This document shows, in pieces, positions 62,268 through 64,000 of a stretch of DNA of 64,000 bases. A model generated the notes under the pieces. It was not told where the DNA came from. It did not search any database and saw only the letters and a list, made by a program, of their open reading frames with translations. The stretch covers positions 32,001 to 96,000 of the forward strand of contig CAVTCR010000070.1 in NCBI GenBank assembly GCA_963733195.1, written 5' to 3'. Made by a program: the position numbers and the translations under genes. The DNA comes from an uncultured delta proteobacterium. GTDB lineage: Bacteria; Desulfobacterota; Binatia; Bin18. Positions within the stretch are counted from its first letter, which is position 1. Each line of letters starts with the position of its first letter.

Positions 62268-62483
62268 GCCAGGACACGGCCTGCGATGAGAGAGCTGTAG
62301 GCCGGAATAAGCGCAGCGTTATCCGGCACGACGGGATGCCAGGAACGGCCGTGGCCTTATCCTGGCCTACGATGAAATGTAGGCCGGAATAAGCGGAGCG
62401 TTTCCGGCACTCGAGAGAGCAAGACGCTGGGCCTAACCGGCTACGATGAAGAGGTAGGCCGGAATAAGCGCAGCGTTTCCGGC
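62268..62483. repeat. BIME-like REP array downstream of RAYT
   Basis: REP-A at 62297, 62379, 62454; inverted REP-B at 62338-62370 plus degenerate copies. Confidence 0.85.
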
Positions 62484-62499
62484 AACAAGAGACGAAACC

Positions 62500-63972
62500 A
62501 TGAGCACCATCACCCACGACATCGTCGCCAAACTGTGGAACCTCTGTAACGTCCTCAAGGACGACGGGGTCACCTATCACCAGTACGTCACCGAGCTGAC
62601 CTATCTCTTGTTCCTCAAGATGGCCAAAGAGACCGGCACCGAGGAGCAGATTCCCACCGGCCATCGTTGGGACGACCTCGAAGCCAAGGCTGCACCGGAC
62701 CGTCTCGAAGCCTACAAACTCACCTTGATCCATCTCGGCAGCCACGGTTCCACGCTGGTGAAGGAGATCTTCGGCAACGCCAGTTCCTTCATCAAGAAAC
62801 CCGCCACCCTCTCCACCCTCGTCGCCGAGATCGACAAACTCGACTGGTACAGCGCACGGCAGGAAGGGCTGGGCGATCTCTACGAAGGCCTGCTGGAGAA
62901 GAACGCCAACGAGAAGAAATCTGGCGCCGGTCAGTACTTCACGCCCCGGCCGTTGATCGACTGCATGGTGGCGGTGATGAAGCCGATGTTGCAAGACATC
63001 ATCCAAGACCCTGCCGCTGGCACTGGTGGTTTTCTCATCGCCTCCAATCGGTACATCCGTGAACACAGTGACCCCGATGCGTGGACGGAAGCGGAGCAGC
63101 GTAAATACCGCCGCAACACTTTCTTCGGCATGGAGCACGTACAGGACGCGCACCGCCTGGCGTTGATGAACCTGATGTTGCACGGGCTGGACTCCGACCC
63201 GCACGCTTCCGGCATTCGCTATGGAGATACACTCTCACCCGAAGGGCAAGCGCTGCCCAAGGCAACGCTCGTTCTCACCAATCCGCCGTTTGGCACCAAG
63301 AAAGGCGGCGGGTTGCCATCGCGCGATGACTTCACCTTTCCGACCAGCAACAAGCAGTTCTGCTTCCTCCAGCATATCTACCGTGCGCTCCTGCCCGGCG
63401 GTCGCGCGGAGTTGATTTTGCCCGACAACGTGCTGTTCGAGGGCAACGTCGGCAAACAGATCCGTGCCGATCTCATGGACAAGTGCAACCTGCACACCAT
63501 CCTGCGCCTGCCCACCGGCATCTTCTACGCCCAGGGCGTGAAGACCAACGTACTGTTCTTCACTCGTGGTGAGACGGACAAGGGCAACACCAAGGAAGTG
63601 TGGGTCTACGACCTGCGCGCCAACATGCCGCAGTTCGGTAAGCGCACCATGCTCACGCGCCAGCACTTCGCCGAGTTCGAAGAGGCCTTCGGTGACGATC
63701 CGCTCGGCAGTCGCAACAGAGTCTGAAGAAACGCAAGGACACCGGCGAGGCTGGCCGCTTCCGTCGCTTCACCCGCGAATGGATCGCCGAACGTGGCGAC
63801 AGTCTCGACATCGAGTTGGCTCAAGGACGAGAGCGACGGCGGCACGGACGAACTGCCGGAACCGGCCGCGCTCGCGCAGGAGGCGATGGGCGAACTCGAA
63901 GGCGCGATGGAAGAACTGCGCGGGATTCTGGAGGAGTTAGGTGAGGAGATAGATGAGGAGGTAGCGGCGTGA
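62500..63972 (+). CDS. hsdM: Type I R-M methyltransferase subunit M (3' indels)
   Basis: GAGQYFTPR, DPAAGTGG, TNPPFG; stop TGA at 63970-63972. Confidence 0.92.
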
Positions 63973-64000
63973 GTGAGCTGCCTGCCGGATGGACATTGCG
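63969..64000 (+). CDS. hsdS: Type I R-M specificity subunit, 5' fragment
   Basis: GTG overlapping the hsdM stop; reads MSELPAGW, a typical HsdS start. Confidence 0.65.
   Translation, partial: MSELPAGWTL

Noticed and set aside
61613-62483. CRISPR-like array of ~30-bp repeats
   Set aside because: The spacers contain a conserved inverted REP, repeats begin with GTAG, a RAYT is central and there are no cas genes; this is a BIME
62242-63204. Long antisense ORFs (e.g. 62242-63204, 44816-45703, 36058-36894, 32702-33469)
   Set aside because: Shadows of well-supported genes on the opposite strand

Overview
A 64-kb bacterial chromosomal window. Gene content suggests a Binatia/deltaproteobacterial-type environmental genome (inference). 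Many single-base indels, even in pdhB, point to an imperfectly polished long-read assembly. The backbone is catabolic and housekeeping: PRISE-type SDR, MaoC pair, LigA/LigB dioxygenase, amidohydrolases, LLM oxidoreductases, gloB, pdhAB, acyl-CoA dehydrogenase, recN, MMPL transporter, DUF58/vWA genes and an MCP. Accessory material includes four TA pairs plus a HicB relic, an IS5 and an IS701 with visible ends, an Hhe-like DUF4011-helicase-nuclease, a STAS/HATPase pair, and a type I R-M operon carrying a RAYT flanked by BIME-like REP arrays. The most unusual structure is a tandem pair of cassettes, each a small secreted protein divergent from a membrane-anchored wHTH-(cyclase)-TolB-TPR regulator. 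The two cassettes share an identically spaced promoter scaffold and a super-SD/uORF leader but carry different 11-bp-period operator arrays. Heptamer tandem repeats and REP palindromes sit in the coding sequence at the domain junctions of these signalling proteins. No rRNA, tRNA or CRISPR array was found.
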